A DNA stretch of 64,000 bases from Myxococcota bacterium (GCA_965247115.1 CBDFGR010000002.1:1856001-1920000), one strand, 5' to 3'. Positions 41,054 to 51,669 are shown, counted from the stretch's first letter. Made by a program: numbers and translations. Notes: generated by a model from the sequence alone, not told the origin.

Positions 41054-41755
41054 ATGGCAGCCCCCAAGCTCGAGATCCTCGTCGTCGAAGACGAGGAGTC
41101 GATTCGCCGCGGGCTCGTGGACGTGCTCGCCTATCACGGCTACGCACCCACGGGAGTGGAAGACGGCGAGGCCGGGCTGCGCGAGGGGCTCACGAATCGC
41201 TACTCGCTCGTCGTCCTCGACGTCATGTTGCCAGGCTTGTCCGGCTTCGAAGTCTGTGCGGCGCTGCGCGAGCGACATGCGCACCTGCCGATCCTGATGC
41301 TCACCGCCCGCGGCAGCGAGCAGGACGTGCTGGCGGGCTTCAAGGCAGGGGCCGACGACTACGTGACCAAGCCCTTTTCCGTGGCAGAGCTCGCTGCACG
41401 CGTCGAGGCGATCCTGCGACGCTCGGGGAGCCTGCGCGGGCCGGACGAGTGCCCCTTCGAATTCGGGGAGTGGGAGGTTGACCCGGCCAATCTTCAGGCG
41501 AGCCGAGCCGAGATGCACGTGGACCTGACCGCGCGGGAGCTGGCGATCCTATCGCTCTTGCTGCGCGAGCGCGGCCGCATCGTGAGCCGCCGCATACTGC
41601 TCTCTCAGGTATGGGGAGCGCCAAATCCCGAGCGCGTGGAGACACGCAGCGTGGACATGCAGCTGGCAAAGCTGCGCAAGAAGCTCGGGCTGGTTGCTGG
41701 TGCGGCGTCCCTGATCGAGACCGTGCGCGGCGCAGGCTACCGCTTCAGGGGCTGA
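41054..41755 (+). CDS. OmpR-family response regulator
   Basis: 'LVVEDE', 'LDVMLP', 'ADDYVTKPF', wHTH 'ETVRGAGY'. Confidence 0.95.
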   Translation: MAAPKLEILVVEDEESIRRGLVDVLAYHGYAPTGVEDGEAGLREGLTNRYSLVVLDVMLPGLSGFEVCAALRERHAHLPILMLTARGSEQDVLAGFKAGADDYVTKPFSVAELAARVEAILRRSGSLRGPDECPFEFGEWEVDPANLQASRAEMHVDLTARELAILSLLLRERGRIVSRRILLSQVWGAPNPERVETRSVDMQLAKLRKKLGLVAGAASLIETVRGAGYRFRG

Positions 41756-41756
41756 G

Positions 41757-43631
41757 GTGGTGCTGCGCCGCATCCGCGCTGTCTTCTTCCTGCTCGGGTT
41801 GGTCCTTGTCGTGCTCCTGGGACTCCTCCTGTCCCGAGCGTTCGAGAGCCTGGGCCGTGAGCGCGAGGTGCGCCACGCTGCGGTCGCCAAACGGGTCTTC
41901 GACGAGGCGGAGCGAGCGCTGGGCGAGTTCCTGACTGAGGAGGAGGGGCGCCCGCCAGACCACTACTTTGCGTCGACGCAGTCCGGCGGCGCCTCTCCGC
42001 TCGCGAACGGTCCGCTCCGCGAGTTCGTTGTCGGCTACTTCCAGATCGCTGCGGGCGGCGGGCTGACCACCCCTCACACCGGCTCCGATCGTGTTCTGCC
42101 CCGACTGCGCTCTGCCGTGTCCGAGGCCCCGGCGTCGAAGGACAAGCGGGCCGAGCTTGCGGATCTAGACCTGGGCTCACTCAAGAAGGAAGCGGCCAAG
42201 GCGGATCAGGTGCCGGGGACAACCCGGACGGTCCAGAGGCTCGACCTGCTCACCGGTCGCCTCGAAGGCGAGTCGGACGACGTGCTCGCCGAACTCGCGG
42301 AGGAACAGCGCGAGGTTGACGAGTCTCTTTCGTCCTACCGGGTCCTCGAGCAGCTGAACCTGGCGAGGAAGGCCCGCCGCCAGCGTGCCTCTCCCGACGA
42401 GTACGCCTCCGACGACGAGAACGCCGCCATGTCGAGTGGCCTCGCGAACGAGCCCGAGAGCTTCGCTGACGCGAAGCTCTCCGCGCCGGTTGTCCCTCGC
42501 GCGCCCACCGTCCCTCTGCTTGCCCGCATGGGACCCTCTCCCATGGCGGGAGCCATGCTCGATCGAGGGGGCTTGATCCTCTACCGCACCGTGCTGGTGC
42601 CCGACGCGGGCCCCTTTCAACAGGGCATCCTGCTCGACCTTGCGCGCTTCACACGCTGGCTGGAGCTGCGAGTCCTGGGAGAGAGCGGTCTCCTCGAGTT
42701 CATCACGCTGGACTTCAAGAGCGAGGACGGACCGGGGTTCCTCGAGCCTGCCGCGAATCGCTTCGTCTACCAGTATCGCTTCGGCGAGCCGTTCGAGGCG
42801 CTGACAGCGCGTGTCAGCCTTGCCCCGCTTCCCGACGAGGGCGGGGTGCGGTACGTCTACGCGATCGGGCTGCTGCTCATCGTTGCCAGCACGCTCGGGC
42901 TCTGGGCCGTGTACCGCAGGGTGGCCGCCGCCGTGCACTTCGCGGAGCGTCGTAGCAACTTCGCGGCCGCCGTCTCTCACGAGCTCAAGACACCCCTGAC
43001 GGCGATTCGCATGCACGCCGAGATGCTGCGCGACGGGATGGTGTCGGGCGCTGAGAAGCAACGCGAGTACTACGCCACCATCACATCCGAGTCGGAGCGG
43101 CTCACGCGGCTCATCAACAATGTGCTCGAGTTCTCACGGCTCGAGAGCCAGAAGGTCGAGCGTCCCCTGACTCAGGAGTCGCTCGAGGAGCCGCTCCGCG
43201 ACGTCGTCCAGCTGCTCCGGCCACACGCACAGTCACAGGGGTTCACCCTCGTACTCGAGGTCGACGCTGACCTAGCGCCAGCCGCATTCGAGCGCGACGC
43301 GTTGCAGCAGCTGCTCTTCAACTTGATCGACAACGCCCTGAAGTACGCCCGCACCGCAGAGCGCAAGGAGATTCTCGTTCACTGCCTCGAAGTCGATGGT
43401 GGCGTCGCGCTCCGAGTTCGTGACTACGGTCCGGGCGTCGCCCGTGCACACCAGCCACACCTGTTCGAGGCGTTCTACCGGGGCGAAGACGAGCTCACAC
43501 GCAAGACCAAAGGAACCGGTATCGGCCTGGCGCTCGTGCGTGGACTTGCGGAGGAGATGGGCGCGCGAGTCTCTGCGCGGAACCATCCCGACGGTGGCTT
43601 CGAGGTGGAGATCCGCCTGCCAACGAGCTAG
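41757..43631 (+). CDS. Sensor histidine kinase
   Basis: 2 TM segments flanking a large periplasmic region; 'SHELKTP', 'NLIDNALKY', 'GTGIGL'. Confidence 0.93.
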   Translation: MVLRRIRAVFFLLGLVLVVLLGLLLSRAFESLGREREVRHAAVAKRVFDEAERALGEFLTEEEGRPPDHYFASTQSGGASPLANGPLREFVVGYFQIAAGGGLTTPHTGSDRVLPRLRSAVSEAPASKDKRAELADLDLGSLKKEAAKADQVPGTTRTVQRLDLLTGRLEGESDDVLAELAEEQREVDESLSSYRVLEQLNLARKARRQRASPDEYASDDENAAMSSGLANEPESFADAKLSAPVVPRAPTVPLLARMGPSPMAGAMLDRGGLILYRTVLVPDAGPFQQGILLDLARFTRWLELRVLGESGLLEFITLDFKSEDGPGFLEPAANRFVYQYRFGEPFEALTARVSLAPLPDEGGVRYVYAIGLLLIVASTLGLWAVYRRVAAAVHFAERRSNFAAAVSHELKTPLTAIRMHAEMLRDGMVSGAEKQREYYATITSESERLTRLINNVLEFSRLESQKVERPLTQESLEEPLRDVVQLLRPHAQSQGFTLVLEVDADLAPAAFERDALQQLLFNLIDNALKYARTAERKEILVHCLEVDGGVALRVRDYGPGVARAHQPHLFEAFYRGEDELTRKTKGTGIGLALVRGLAEEMGARVSARNHPDGGFEVEIRLPTS

Positions 43632-43704
43632 GCCGCGCTCTGCAGACGACGCGAGGCGGCATCTCGGGCAGCTCTGGTATGCTGCTTCGCCCAGGGAGGA
43701 TGCG

Positions 43705-44727
43705 ATGCAGGCAGCACTGATGCAGCGTGGCTCGATCTGGGTTGACACCCTGGCGGATCCTGTCCCGCGCCAGGGCGAGGTGCTGGTCAAGTCCCGGGGC
43801 TGCGGAATTTGCGGCTCGGATCTCCATGCCGCCGAGCACACCGAGGAGTTCGTTGCCACGAGCCGCGAGGCTGGCGGCGCCTTCAAGCTCACCACGCTGG
43901 ACCCGATCGTGCTCGGCCACGAGTTTTGCGCAGAGATCGTGGACTTCGGGCCAGATACTCCGCACGACCTGGCCCCGGGCACGTTGGTCTGCTCTGTTCC
44001 GGTGCTGCCACGCGAGGAGCCGCTCCCTGTCGGCTACTCCGACGTGATTCCCGGCGGCTTTGCCGAGTACATGGTGCTGGCCCGGCGCCTGCTCGTACCG
44101 GTCCCCGGCGGTACGCCCGCTGGCCACGCGGCGCTGACGGAGCCGATGGCGGTGGGCCTGCACGCGGCGAACAAGGCGAGACTCTCGGGGAGCGAGGCCG
44201 CGCTGGTGCTGGGCTGCGGCCCGGTCGGTCTCGCGGTGGTGAGCGCGCTCAAGCACAAGGGCATCGGCCCGGTGGTTGCAGCGGACTTCTCGCCCAAGCG
44301 CCGACAGCTCGCTGCGCTGCTGGGTGCCGACGTGTGCATCGACCCCAACGAGGGCTCTCCCTACGCGCACTCCGAGCTGCAGCGGCCGGAGGACGTGGTG
44401 ATCTTCGAGTGCGTCGGCGTTCCCGGTGTGCTCGACGGGATCTTTCTGGCTGCTCCGCGCAACGCGCGCATCATCGTGGTGGGCGTCTGTCTGCTGACCG
44501 ATCACAGCCGTCCGCTGATCGCGATCAACAAGGAGCTCTCCGTGCAGTACGTGTTGGGTTACACAGTGCCCGAGTTCGCCGAGACCCTGCAGCTGATCGC
44601 CGACGGTGCCTACGACGTCGCGCCCCTGATCACGGAGCGCGTCCCTCTGTCCGGAGTTGCGGGCGCTTTTGCGGCCCTCCGGGATCCGGAGAAGCAGGCG
44701 AAGATCCTGGTCGAGCCCTGGTCGTAG
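43705..44727 (+). CDS. Zinc-binding (MDR) dehydrogenase
   Basis: 'GICGSD', 'GHEF', 'GCGPVG'. Confidence 0.92.
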   Translation: MQAALMQRGSIWVDTLADPVPRQGEVLVKSRGCGICGSDLHAAEHTEEFVATSREAGGAFKLTTLDPIVLGHEFCAEIVDFGPDTPHDLAPGTLVCSVPVLPREEPLPVGYSDVIPGGFAEYMVLARRLLVPVPGGTPAGHAALTEPMAVGLHAANKARLSGSEAALVLGCGPVGLAVVSALKHKGIGPVVAADFSPKRRQLAALLGADVCIDPNEGSPYAHSELQRPEDVVIFECVGVPGVLDGIFLAAPRNARIIVVGVCLLTDHSRPLIAINKELSVQYVLGYTVPEFAETLQLIADGAYDVAPLITERVPLSGVAGAFAALRDPEKQAKILVEPWS

Positions 44728-44743
44728 CGAGCGGGCACGAGAC

Positions 44744-45847
44744 TCAGGACCGGGTGCCGGCGTAGCCCTGAAGCTGGGCGGCGCGCTCGCGGAGCGCTCC
44801 CGGTCCGCCCAGCAGCTGGCGGTTCAGGCCGATGCGCTTGAACCAGAAGTGCAGGTTCTGATCGTCGGTGAAGCCGATCCCCCCGTGAACCTGGGTCGCC
44901 AGATCGGCGAGCCGTTCCCCCACCTCGGCCATGTGGGCCTTGGCATGGGCCACGGCCACGGGCGCGTCGTCCGGATCGGCCTCGATGGCATGCGCCGCGT
45001 ACCAGACCAGCGAGCGCGCGGGCTCCAGCTCGGAAGTCATCTCCGCGCACAGGTGCTTGACCGCCTGGAAGCTCGCGATCACGCGACCGAACTGCGAGCG
45101 CTGCTTGGCGTACTCAACGGCTTGATCGAGCATGGACTGGCAGGCTCCGAGCGTGTCCGCAGCGAGCACGGCGCGGCCCGCGTCGAGCACGCGGTCGAGA
45201 GCGCGCGTCGCTCCGCCTGGCCCCCCGAGAAGCGCGGCCGGTTCGACGGACTCGAGACGCAGCTCCGCCAGGCGGCGGGTGCGGTCGATGGTCGAAAGAG
45301 CCTCGATCTGGAGCCCCGGAGCGTCCGTCGCCACCAGCGCGAGATCGTCCGTCCCCGCGGCAATGAGCACGAGGTCCGCGCCTGGCAGGCCCAGTGCCAT
45401 CAGCGCTCTGCCCACGAGCTTTCCTCCCTCGAGGCGCACCTCGGCGCCCTCGCGGCGGGAGTAGGTCTCGGTCAGCGCGGCGGCGACCTGCAGGTCTCCG
45501 GTAGCGAGCCTTGGCAACCACTCCTTCTGCTGCTCGGGAGTGCCCGCCTCGCGCAGGGCGACCGGCGCGAGCACGGCGCTGGCGACGAAGGGCACCGGGG
45601 TTACGGCCCCGCCAAGTTCTTCGGCGACGAGCGCGGCGTCGAGATGCGACAGCGCGCTGCCGCCGTGCTCCTCGGGAATCAGGATTCCCGCGGCCCCGAG
45701 CTCGGCAAGACTCGACCAGAGCGTGCGCACCTCGGCGCCGTCGCCGATCGCGACCTCGCGCACGCGGGTGATCGGGATGTTGTCGGCGAGATAGTTCCGG
45801 AAGGTGTCCTGCAGCAGCCTCTGCTCGTCCGAAAGCCCGAAGTCCAT
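44744..45847 (-). CDS. Acyl-CoA dehydrogenase family (short partner subunit)
   Basis: 'RSQFGRVIASFQAVKH', 'QVHGGIGFT'. Confidence 0.9.
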   Translation of the reverse strand: MDFGLSDEQRLLQDTFRNYLADNIPITRVREVAIGDGAEVRTLWSSLAELGAAGILIPEEHGGSALSHLDAALVAEELGGAVTPVPFVASAVLAPVALREAGTPEQQKEWLPRLATGDLQVAAALTETYSRREGAEVRLEGGKLVGRALMALGLPGADLVLIAAGTDDLALVATDAPGLQIEALSTIDRTRRLAELRLESVEPAALLGGPGGATRALDRVLDAGRAVLAADTLGACQSMLDQAVEYAKQRSQFGRVIASFQAVKHLCAEMTSELEPARSLVWYAAHAIEADPDDAPVAVAHAKAHMAEVGERLADLATQVHGGIGFTDDQNLHFWFKRIGLNRQLLGGPGALRERAAQLQGYAGTRS

Positions 45848-45849
45848 CG

Positions 45850-47055
45850 CTACTTCCCCGCCGCAACGATTTTGGGCTCTCGCGGCATGCCGAGTCCCCG
45901 CTCCGAGATGATGTTCTTCTGAATCTGCGCGGTCCCGCCGCCAATGATCAGACCCAGTGAGAGCATGTGCTCTCGCTGCCAGAAGCCGCGTGCGCGCTCG
46001 TACTTCGAGCCGTAGTAGAGCGTGCCGAGCTCACCCATGACGTCGATCGCCAGCGCGGCGATGTCGTGGTTGAGCTGGCAGCCCTGGAGCTTGACCACAA
46101 GGCCCGCGACGCCCGGCGCCTCGCCGCGCAGGGTGCAAGTGAGGAGTCGCATGGAGTGGTACTTCATGGTGCGCGTGCGAGCCTGAAGGCGCAGAAAGCG
46201 ATCCCGCAGGGTCGGGCTCAGCATGGCCGAGGCGCCGTTCGAGACCTCATCCTGCATCAGCTTCTCGAGACGCAGTAGCAGACCCTCGGTCTGAGAGGCG
46301 TTCCCGAGCATGTTGCGCTCGTAGCGGAGCGTCGTGTTGGCGACGATCCAGCCCTCACCGCGCGCCCCCACGACGTTGGCCTTGGGAACGCGCACGTCCG
46401 TCAGGAACACCTGGTTGAACGTTGCGTGTCCGGTCATGGTCATGAGCGGCTGAACCTCGATCCCGGGCGTGTCCATGCGCAGGAGGATGTAGCTGATGCC
46501 CGAGTGCTTGGGAGCGTCGGGCTCCGTGCGCACCAGGATGAAGATCATGTCCGCAACCTGTGCCCCGCTCGTCCAGATCTTCTGGCCGTTGATCAGGAAG
46601 TCGTCGCCGTCCTCCTTCGCCGAGGTCTGCAGGCTCGCCAGGTCACTACCCGAGCCTGGCTCGGAATAGCCCTGACACCAGACCTCCTCGCCGGTGAGCG
46701 CGGGTAGGATCCAGCGCTTCTTCTGGTCCTCCCGCCCGTGCTCCAGCAAGGTCGGCGCGAGCATGCTCGAGCCGCTGCCCCCACCGGGACCCTGGAGCCC
46801 GGAGCGCGTGAACTCCTCACCGATGATCACGCTCTCCAGGATGTCCGGCTCGGCTCCGTAGCCCCCGTACTCGCGCGGGATGGTGCGCGCGTGGTAGCCG
46901 TGCTCGATCAACAGCTCCTGCCACGCGACCTCTTCCGGAGTTGGACGCCAGCGCTCGTCGGGCCCGCGTTTCGGAGAGCGCTCGCCGTGCTCTTTGATGA
47001 AGCCCCGCAGGTCCGCCCGGAACTGCTCGTACTCCTGACCGTAGCTCAGGTCCAT
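45850..47055 (-). CDS. Acyl-CoA dehydrogenase
   Basis: 'WCQGYSEPGSGSDLASL', 'NGQKIWTS', 'LRYER'. Confidence 0.92.
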   Translation of the reverse strand: MDLSYGQEYEQFRADLRGFIKEHGERSPKRGPDERWRPTPEEVAWQELLIEHGYHARTIPREYGGYGAEPDILESVIIGEEFTRSGLQGPGGGSGSSMLAPTLLEHGREDQKKRWILPALTGEEVWCQGYSEPGSGSDLASLQTSAKEDGDDFLINGQKIWTSGAQVADMIFILVRTEPDAPKHSGISYILLRMDTPGIEVQPLMTMTGHATFNQVFLTDVRVPKANVVGARGEGWIVANTTLRYERNMLGNASQTEGLLLRLEKLMQDEVSNGASAMLSPTLRDRFLRLQARTRTMKYHSMRLLTCTLRGEAPGVAGLVVKLQGCQLNHDIAALAIDVMGELGTLYYGSKYERARGFWQREHMLSLGLIIGGGTAQIQKNIISERGLGMPREPKIVAAGK

Positions 47056-47195
47056 GCTGCCTCCGACGCGGAGCCGCCGCGCTGGCCCTCATTGTACGCC
47101 TAGTGGCTCGCTCGCCGCAGTGCGGCTTTCCCAGCACGGTCGAAGGGAATACACTCAGGGCCGGAGCAGGAGCTTCGGAAGAGAGAGGAGGACTT

Positions 47196-48305
47196 ATGCA
47201 GACACCGCTTCGCGAGCTGCTCGAGGTGGAGTTCCCGATCGTCGCGTTCAGTCACTGCCGCGACGTCGTCGCCGGCGTGAGCAAGGCAGGCGGGTTTGGC
47301 GTGCTGGGCGTAACCTCACTCTCGGCAGATCAGATGAAGATCGAGCTCGACTGGATCGAGAGCGAGATCGGCGACAAGCCGTACGGCATCGACGTGCTGA
47401 TGCCGGCCAGCTACATCGGCAGCGAGGAAGGGGGCCTGTCGCGAGACAAGCTCGACGCGCTGATCTCGGACGAGCACCGCAGCTTCGTCGACGCGCTCCT
47501 TGCGGAGCACGGCGTGCCGCAGTTTCCGGACATCGAACGCGCGCCGCGGACCGAGTCGCACAACCGGGACCTGGTCGACGTCGCGCTCTCCCACAATGCG
47601 CGGCTGATCGCGAACGCGCTCGGCCCGCCTCCGCCCTGGCTGATCGAGCGGGCGCACGAGCAGGGCCTGCTCGTCGCAGCGCTCGTTGGGAAAAAGCGCC
47701 ACGCCCTCAAGCAGCAGGCGGCGGGGGTCGACATCATCGTGGCCCAGGGCTACGAGGCGGGAGGCCACACCGGCGAGATCGGAACCATGGTGCTCATTCC
47801 CGAGATCGTCGACACGGTGGCGCCGCTGCCCGTGCTCGCCGCGGGGGGGATCGCGAACGGGCGTCAGATGGCGGCGGCGCTGTCACTCGGTGCCCAGGGG
47901 GTGTGGACCGGGTCGGTCTGGCTCACGACCGAGGAGGCGGAGACGCACCCCGTCGTAAAAGAGAAGTTCCTCGAGGCCACGTCGAGTGACACGCTCCGCT
48001 CGCGCTCGCTCACGGGCAAGCCCGCCCGTCAGCTGCGCAGCGCGTGGACCGATGCCTGGGAGGATCCAGCCAACCCGGATCCGCTACCGATGCCGCTGCA
48101 AGGGCTGCTCACCCGTGAAGCCCAGGGGCGCATCGGCCGCGTGGCGCACCAGAAGGGCTCCGGAGCGGAGAAGCTCGTCAACTACTTCGTTGGCCAGGTC
48201 GTGGGCTCGCTGAATCACGTGAAGTCCGTCCGAACCGTCGTGGAGGAGCTGGTGCAGGAGTACGTCGACACGATGGAACGGATGGAGACCTGGACGAACG
48301 GGTAG
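47196..48305 (+). CDS. Nitronate monooxygenase / FabK-like flavoenzyme (IpdC-like)
   Basis: 'AFSHCRDVV', 'EAGGHTG', 'AAGGI', 'TGKPARQL'. Confidence 0.88.
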   Translation: MQTPLRELLEVEFPIVAFSHCRDVVAGVSKAGGFGVLGVTSLSADQMKIELDWIESEIGDKPYGIDVLMPASYIGSEEGGLSRDKLDALISDEHRSFVDALLAEHGVPQFPDIERAPRTESHNRDLVDVALSHNARLIANALGPPPPWLIERAHEQGLLVAALVGKKRHALKQQAAGVDIIVAQGYEAGGHTGEIGTMVLIPEIVDTVAPLPVLAAGGIANGRQMAAALSLGAQGVWTGSVWLTTEEAETHPVVKEKFLEATSSDTLRSRSLTGKPARQLRSAWTDAWEDPANPDPLPMPLQGLLTREAQGRIGRVAHQKGSGAEKLVNYFVGQVVGSLNHVKSVRTVVEELVQEYVDTMERMETWTNG

Positions 48306-48408
48306 CTCCGACGCCCCCTCTCCAGAGCGGGCAGGTCGACGTAAAGCCCCACCACGAGATCCGCGCACTATCCGAGCTGCTCGAGCTGATCGCGCCCGGG
48401 TAAGCGCG

Positions 48409-49605
48409 ATGCTCGATCTCTTCATCCCGGAGCGCGTCGAGGACCTGACGCCCGAGTGGCTCAGCCTGGTGCTTCGGGAACGCGACGTCCTGGGAGGAGC
48501 CCGCGTCAGCTCCGCCCGCCACGAGCTGATCGGGGACGGCGAGGGCTTCGTCGGTGTGATCACCCGGCTCTTTCTCGAGCTTGATCCACCCGGTTCGGTT
48601 GGGCCCCGCACGTTGATCGCCAAGCTTCCCACGCCGGTCGCGCAGAATCGCGTGCTGGGCGAGCTGCTCGGAGCCTACGAGCGGGAGATCCTGTTCTACG
48701 AGGAGCTTGCACCGGAGCTCCCGCTGCGCGTACCCGCGACCTATTACACGGCGTTCGATCCCGATGTTGGGTCCCGGTATCAGGAGCAGATCGTCGGCTT
48801 GATGGATCGATTGCCTGTCTGGCTGATCCGCCGGCTGATGCCGCTGGCGCGCTGGGTCGCCGGACGCAAGAAGCGACGCTACGTGCTTCTGATGGAGGAC
48901 CTGACTGGAGCCCGTCTTGGCGACCAGGTCGCGGGAGCCCGACCCGAGGATTGCGAGCGTGCGCTTCAGGCGCTGGCCGGGGCACACGCCGCGCTCTGGG
49001 AGAGTCCGCTCCTCCAGGGGCGCTTCTGGCTCGCGCGCCAGGACCTGCAGAGCAAGACCCGACACACCATGTATCGAGACTCACGCAGCGACTTCGCGCA
49101 GCGCTTCGAACCGCTCCTGGGACAGGGCCTGGGCGCGCTGCTGGATTTCCTGGACAGGAGGGGGACGGCGCTGGCGCGACGACTACACCGCTCGGCGCCG
49201 CAGACGCTGGTCCACGGCGACTTCCGCCTGGACAACATCTTCTTCGACGGCCGGCAAGGCGAAGACGAGGTAGTGATCATCGACTGGCAGCTGGCGGGAC
49301 GAGGCTGTGCCGCGTACGACGTTGCCTACCTGCTCGGAGGCGCACTGCCTGTCGATCTGAGCCGGGAAGGCGAGCGCTCGCTGCTCCACGCGTACCACGA
49401 CGCGCTCGAGGACGGTGGTGTCACGAACTACGACTACTCGGAGTTTGTCCGTGATTATGAGCGCGGTCTCCTGACGGTCCTGCAGACGATCGCGACGACG
49501 GACGTCATCGAGATGGGACAGGAGCGGGGCGTGGACTTGATCGACGTTTGGGTCGAGCGTCTCCTCGCCCGGTCGTCGGGAATAGAGCTCGCTACACTGC
49601 TCTAG
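48409..49605 (+). CDS. APH/EcKinase-like phosphotransferase
   Basis: 'LIAKLP', 'REILFY', 'HGDFRLDN', 'IDWQ'. Confidence 0.88.
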   Translation: MLDLFIPERVEDLTPEWLSLVLRERDVLGGARVSSARHELIGDGEGFVGVITRLFLELDPPGSVGPRTLIAKLPTPVAQNRVLGELLGAYEREILFYEELAPELPLRVPATYYTAFDPDVGSRYQEQIVGLMDRLPVWLIRRLMPLARWVAGRKKRRYVLLMEDLTGARLGDQVAGARPEDCERALQALAGAHAALWESPLLQGRFWLARQDLQSKTRHTMYRDSRSDFAQRFEPLLGQGLGALLDFLDRRGTALARRLHRSAPQTLVHGDFRLDNIFFDGRQGEDEVVIIDWQLAGRGCAAYDVAYLLGGALPVDLSREGERSLLHAYHDALEDGGVTNYDYSEFVRDYERGLLTVLQTIATTDVIEMGQERGVDLIDVWVERLLARSSGIELATLL

Positions 49606-49655
49606 CGGAGACTTCGAGGCGACCGCACTCCCAGTACCCGCTTCGCCCTCGGGAG

Positions 49656-51161
49656 TCAGCGCGCTCCACGGATCACGCGCCAGAGCAGCGACGGTCGACG
49701 GGCCAGTCCGATGACGGCTGCAGCGGTAATGCACGGGTCGAGCGCCCACGGCAGGGCGTAGATGCCACCGTGGACCTGTTGCGAGAAGAGTGCCGCAGCG
49801 CGCGCAGCGTCGTCTGCGTAGACCTGGGAGGCGGATCCCGGCGCCTGTGGGTTCAGCAGGTCGTGCAGGGCGAGGAGCCCACTGAGCGAGCGCGTCGTCT
49901 CGGGAGCGAACGTCGTGACACCCAGGAGTGGAGCGCCGATGAAGGCCGCGTCGAACACGGGGTGGGAGAGGGAACGCGTGCGGGAGATCCCCGCGACGTT
50001 CGCCGACACGGTGACGGGAGTTCGGCGCGTCGCGTCGAGTCCGATCCCGTACGCGGCGAGGCTCTCTGCCGTCAGGATCTTCTCGATGTACTGCGCTGCC
50101 TGGTAGCTCGCGCCCTGCAGCGAAACGATCGCGCGAGCGATCTCGATGGAGCCCACCGTGAAGCGCCCAGGCGGGAAGGTCCCCGCGCGCTCGAGTAAGG
50201 CTTGCCACCAGCGAGGGCGTCGCCGCCGCGCAGCTTCGAGGTCCTCTGGCTGAACCACCGCCGGAGACGTCGGCGAGACGAGCAGCGTGACCGAGCGCAC
50301 CGCCTGCGGGTCGAGATGGCGCACGACGCTGTTCATGGCGGCCGCGAGTCGCCACTCGCGGCCGCCGCCGGCCGCGTACGCGTAGAGCCCCAGGTGTACT
50401 GGGTCGTCTTCTGCGAACCGCGTGATCGTCTCGACGATCTCACTCGCCTGGCGAAGCAGGTCGGCGCCGTTCGCGACATACGTGAGGGCGCCAGCGCGAC
50501 GCCGGTCGTCCCTCAGCAGCGGCTGTGGCTCGGTCACGTCAATCCAGAGGACGGAGGCGCCTGCCTCGAGGAGCAGGCTCGTGGCCGCGAGCTCGGCCCC
50601 CGCACCGAGAACGACGAACTTGTGACCCGACAAGTCGATCCCGCCATGCTGCTCCGCGATCCAACGCAGCGCGTCCGCGGCTGGCCGGGTCATCAGGCTC
50701 CCCGCAAGGAAGGAATCGGCGAGCTCGTGCAGATGCTTTCCGCTGTATCGCCGCCCCTCCCAGTCGACCTGCGGAGTGAGTGCCGTCGAGTTGACCGCTG
50801 GGATCGTCTCGAACGCCAGGGGCTCCGCGCTGCTACTCCAGTACTCCGAATGTGCCAGGGTGTTTCCGTTCGATAGGAAACAGAGCCGGTCGCTGGCGGC
50901 GCGCACAAGATCGCTCGCGATTTCCGTGCGCAGGGGTGAGGCCGCACGCGCAGCCTCGAAGCGGACCAGGGCCTCGCCAAAGTTCGAGCGAAAAGCGCTG
51001 GCGTCGGACGGGAAGCCCGCCGAGCTCAGCACCTCGGGCCAGTGCTCCACGCTCCCGCGCAGCAGCTCGTGGAGGAAACCCGAGGCGGTGTAGCCGGATG
51101 GAAGCTGGAGGCCTTCCGCCGTGCCACGCGCCACCGAACCCCGCTCCCCCTTCGCACTCAT
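49656..51161 (-). CDS. Hypothetical protein with a Rossmann-like motif
   Basis: 501-aa ORF with normal composition; 'FVVLGAGAELA'. Confidence 0.65.
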   Translation of the reverse strand: MSAKGERGSVARGTAEGLQLPSGYTASGFLHELLRGSVEHWPEVLSSAGFPSDASAFRSNFGEALVRFEAARAASPLRTEIASDLVRAASDRLCFLSNGNTLAHSEYWSSSAEPLAFETIPAVNSTALTPQVDWEGRRYSGKHLHELADSFLAGSLMTRPAADALRWIAEQHGGIDLSGHKFVVLGAGAELAATSLLLEAGASVLWIDVTEPQPLLRDDRRRAGALTYVANGADLLRQASEIVETITRFAEDDPVHLGLYAYAAGGGREWRLAAAMNSVVRHLDPQAVRSVTLLVSPTSPAVVQPEDLEAARRRRPRWWQALLERAGTFPPGRFTVGSIEIARAIVSLQGASYQAAQYIEKILTAESLAAYGIGLDATRRTPVTVSANVAGISRTRSLSHPVFDAAFIGAPLLGVTTFAPETTRSLSGLLALHDLLNPQAPGSASQVYADDAARAAALFSQQVHGGIYALPWALDPCITAAAVIGLARRPSLLWRVIRGAR

Positions 51162-51248
51162 CGTCGTGCCTCGGCGTCTGAGTCCCGGGATCAGAGCACA
51201 GACCGCAAAGCCGAAGCAAGGGTGAGCCGCGGGCTCAGGTCGAGCGCC

Positions 51249-51593
51249 TCAGATCTCGTCGACCAGGTCGATCACTTCCGGGTGCTGGAGCTCCAGGAGT
51301 ATCCCCCTGGCCTCGAGGTCCAGCTCGTTGAACAGCACGGCGAAGCCCGTCTCGGTCTCCCTGACGACTTCGGCTGGAAGCTCCACCGCGCGGAGCTCCA
51401 CGTGGCTGCGGGGAAAGTAGGGGACGAGCAGCGAGATGGGGGTGCCGGGGGCGACAGAAGGGGACGCGGGCTCGATCAGGGCGCCGGAGATGGAGATGTT
51501 CGCCAGGCTGCCGCCGCCCTCGACGTCTGGCCCCGAATACGCGACGGGCGTCCGGATCCCGTGGCGGGGCCTTGCAGCGGTCTCCTTCTCCAT
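51249..51593 (-). CDS. Stand-alone PilZ-domain protein
   Basis: 'RPRH..' and 'NISISGA', 'AEVVR..GFAVLF'. Confidence 0.75.
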   Translation of the reverse strand: MEKETAARPRHGIRTPVAYSGPDVEGGGSLANISISGALIEPASPSVAPGTPISLLVPYFPRSHVELRAVELPAEVVRETETGFAVLFNELDLEARGILLELQHPEVIDLVDEI

Positions 51594-51669
51594 ACAGAGT
51601 GCTTATCTTCCGCCCCGTCCCGCGACTTTAGCCAGCCCTCTCGAATCGAGAGGAAGCTCTCGGGGGAGG

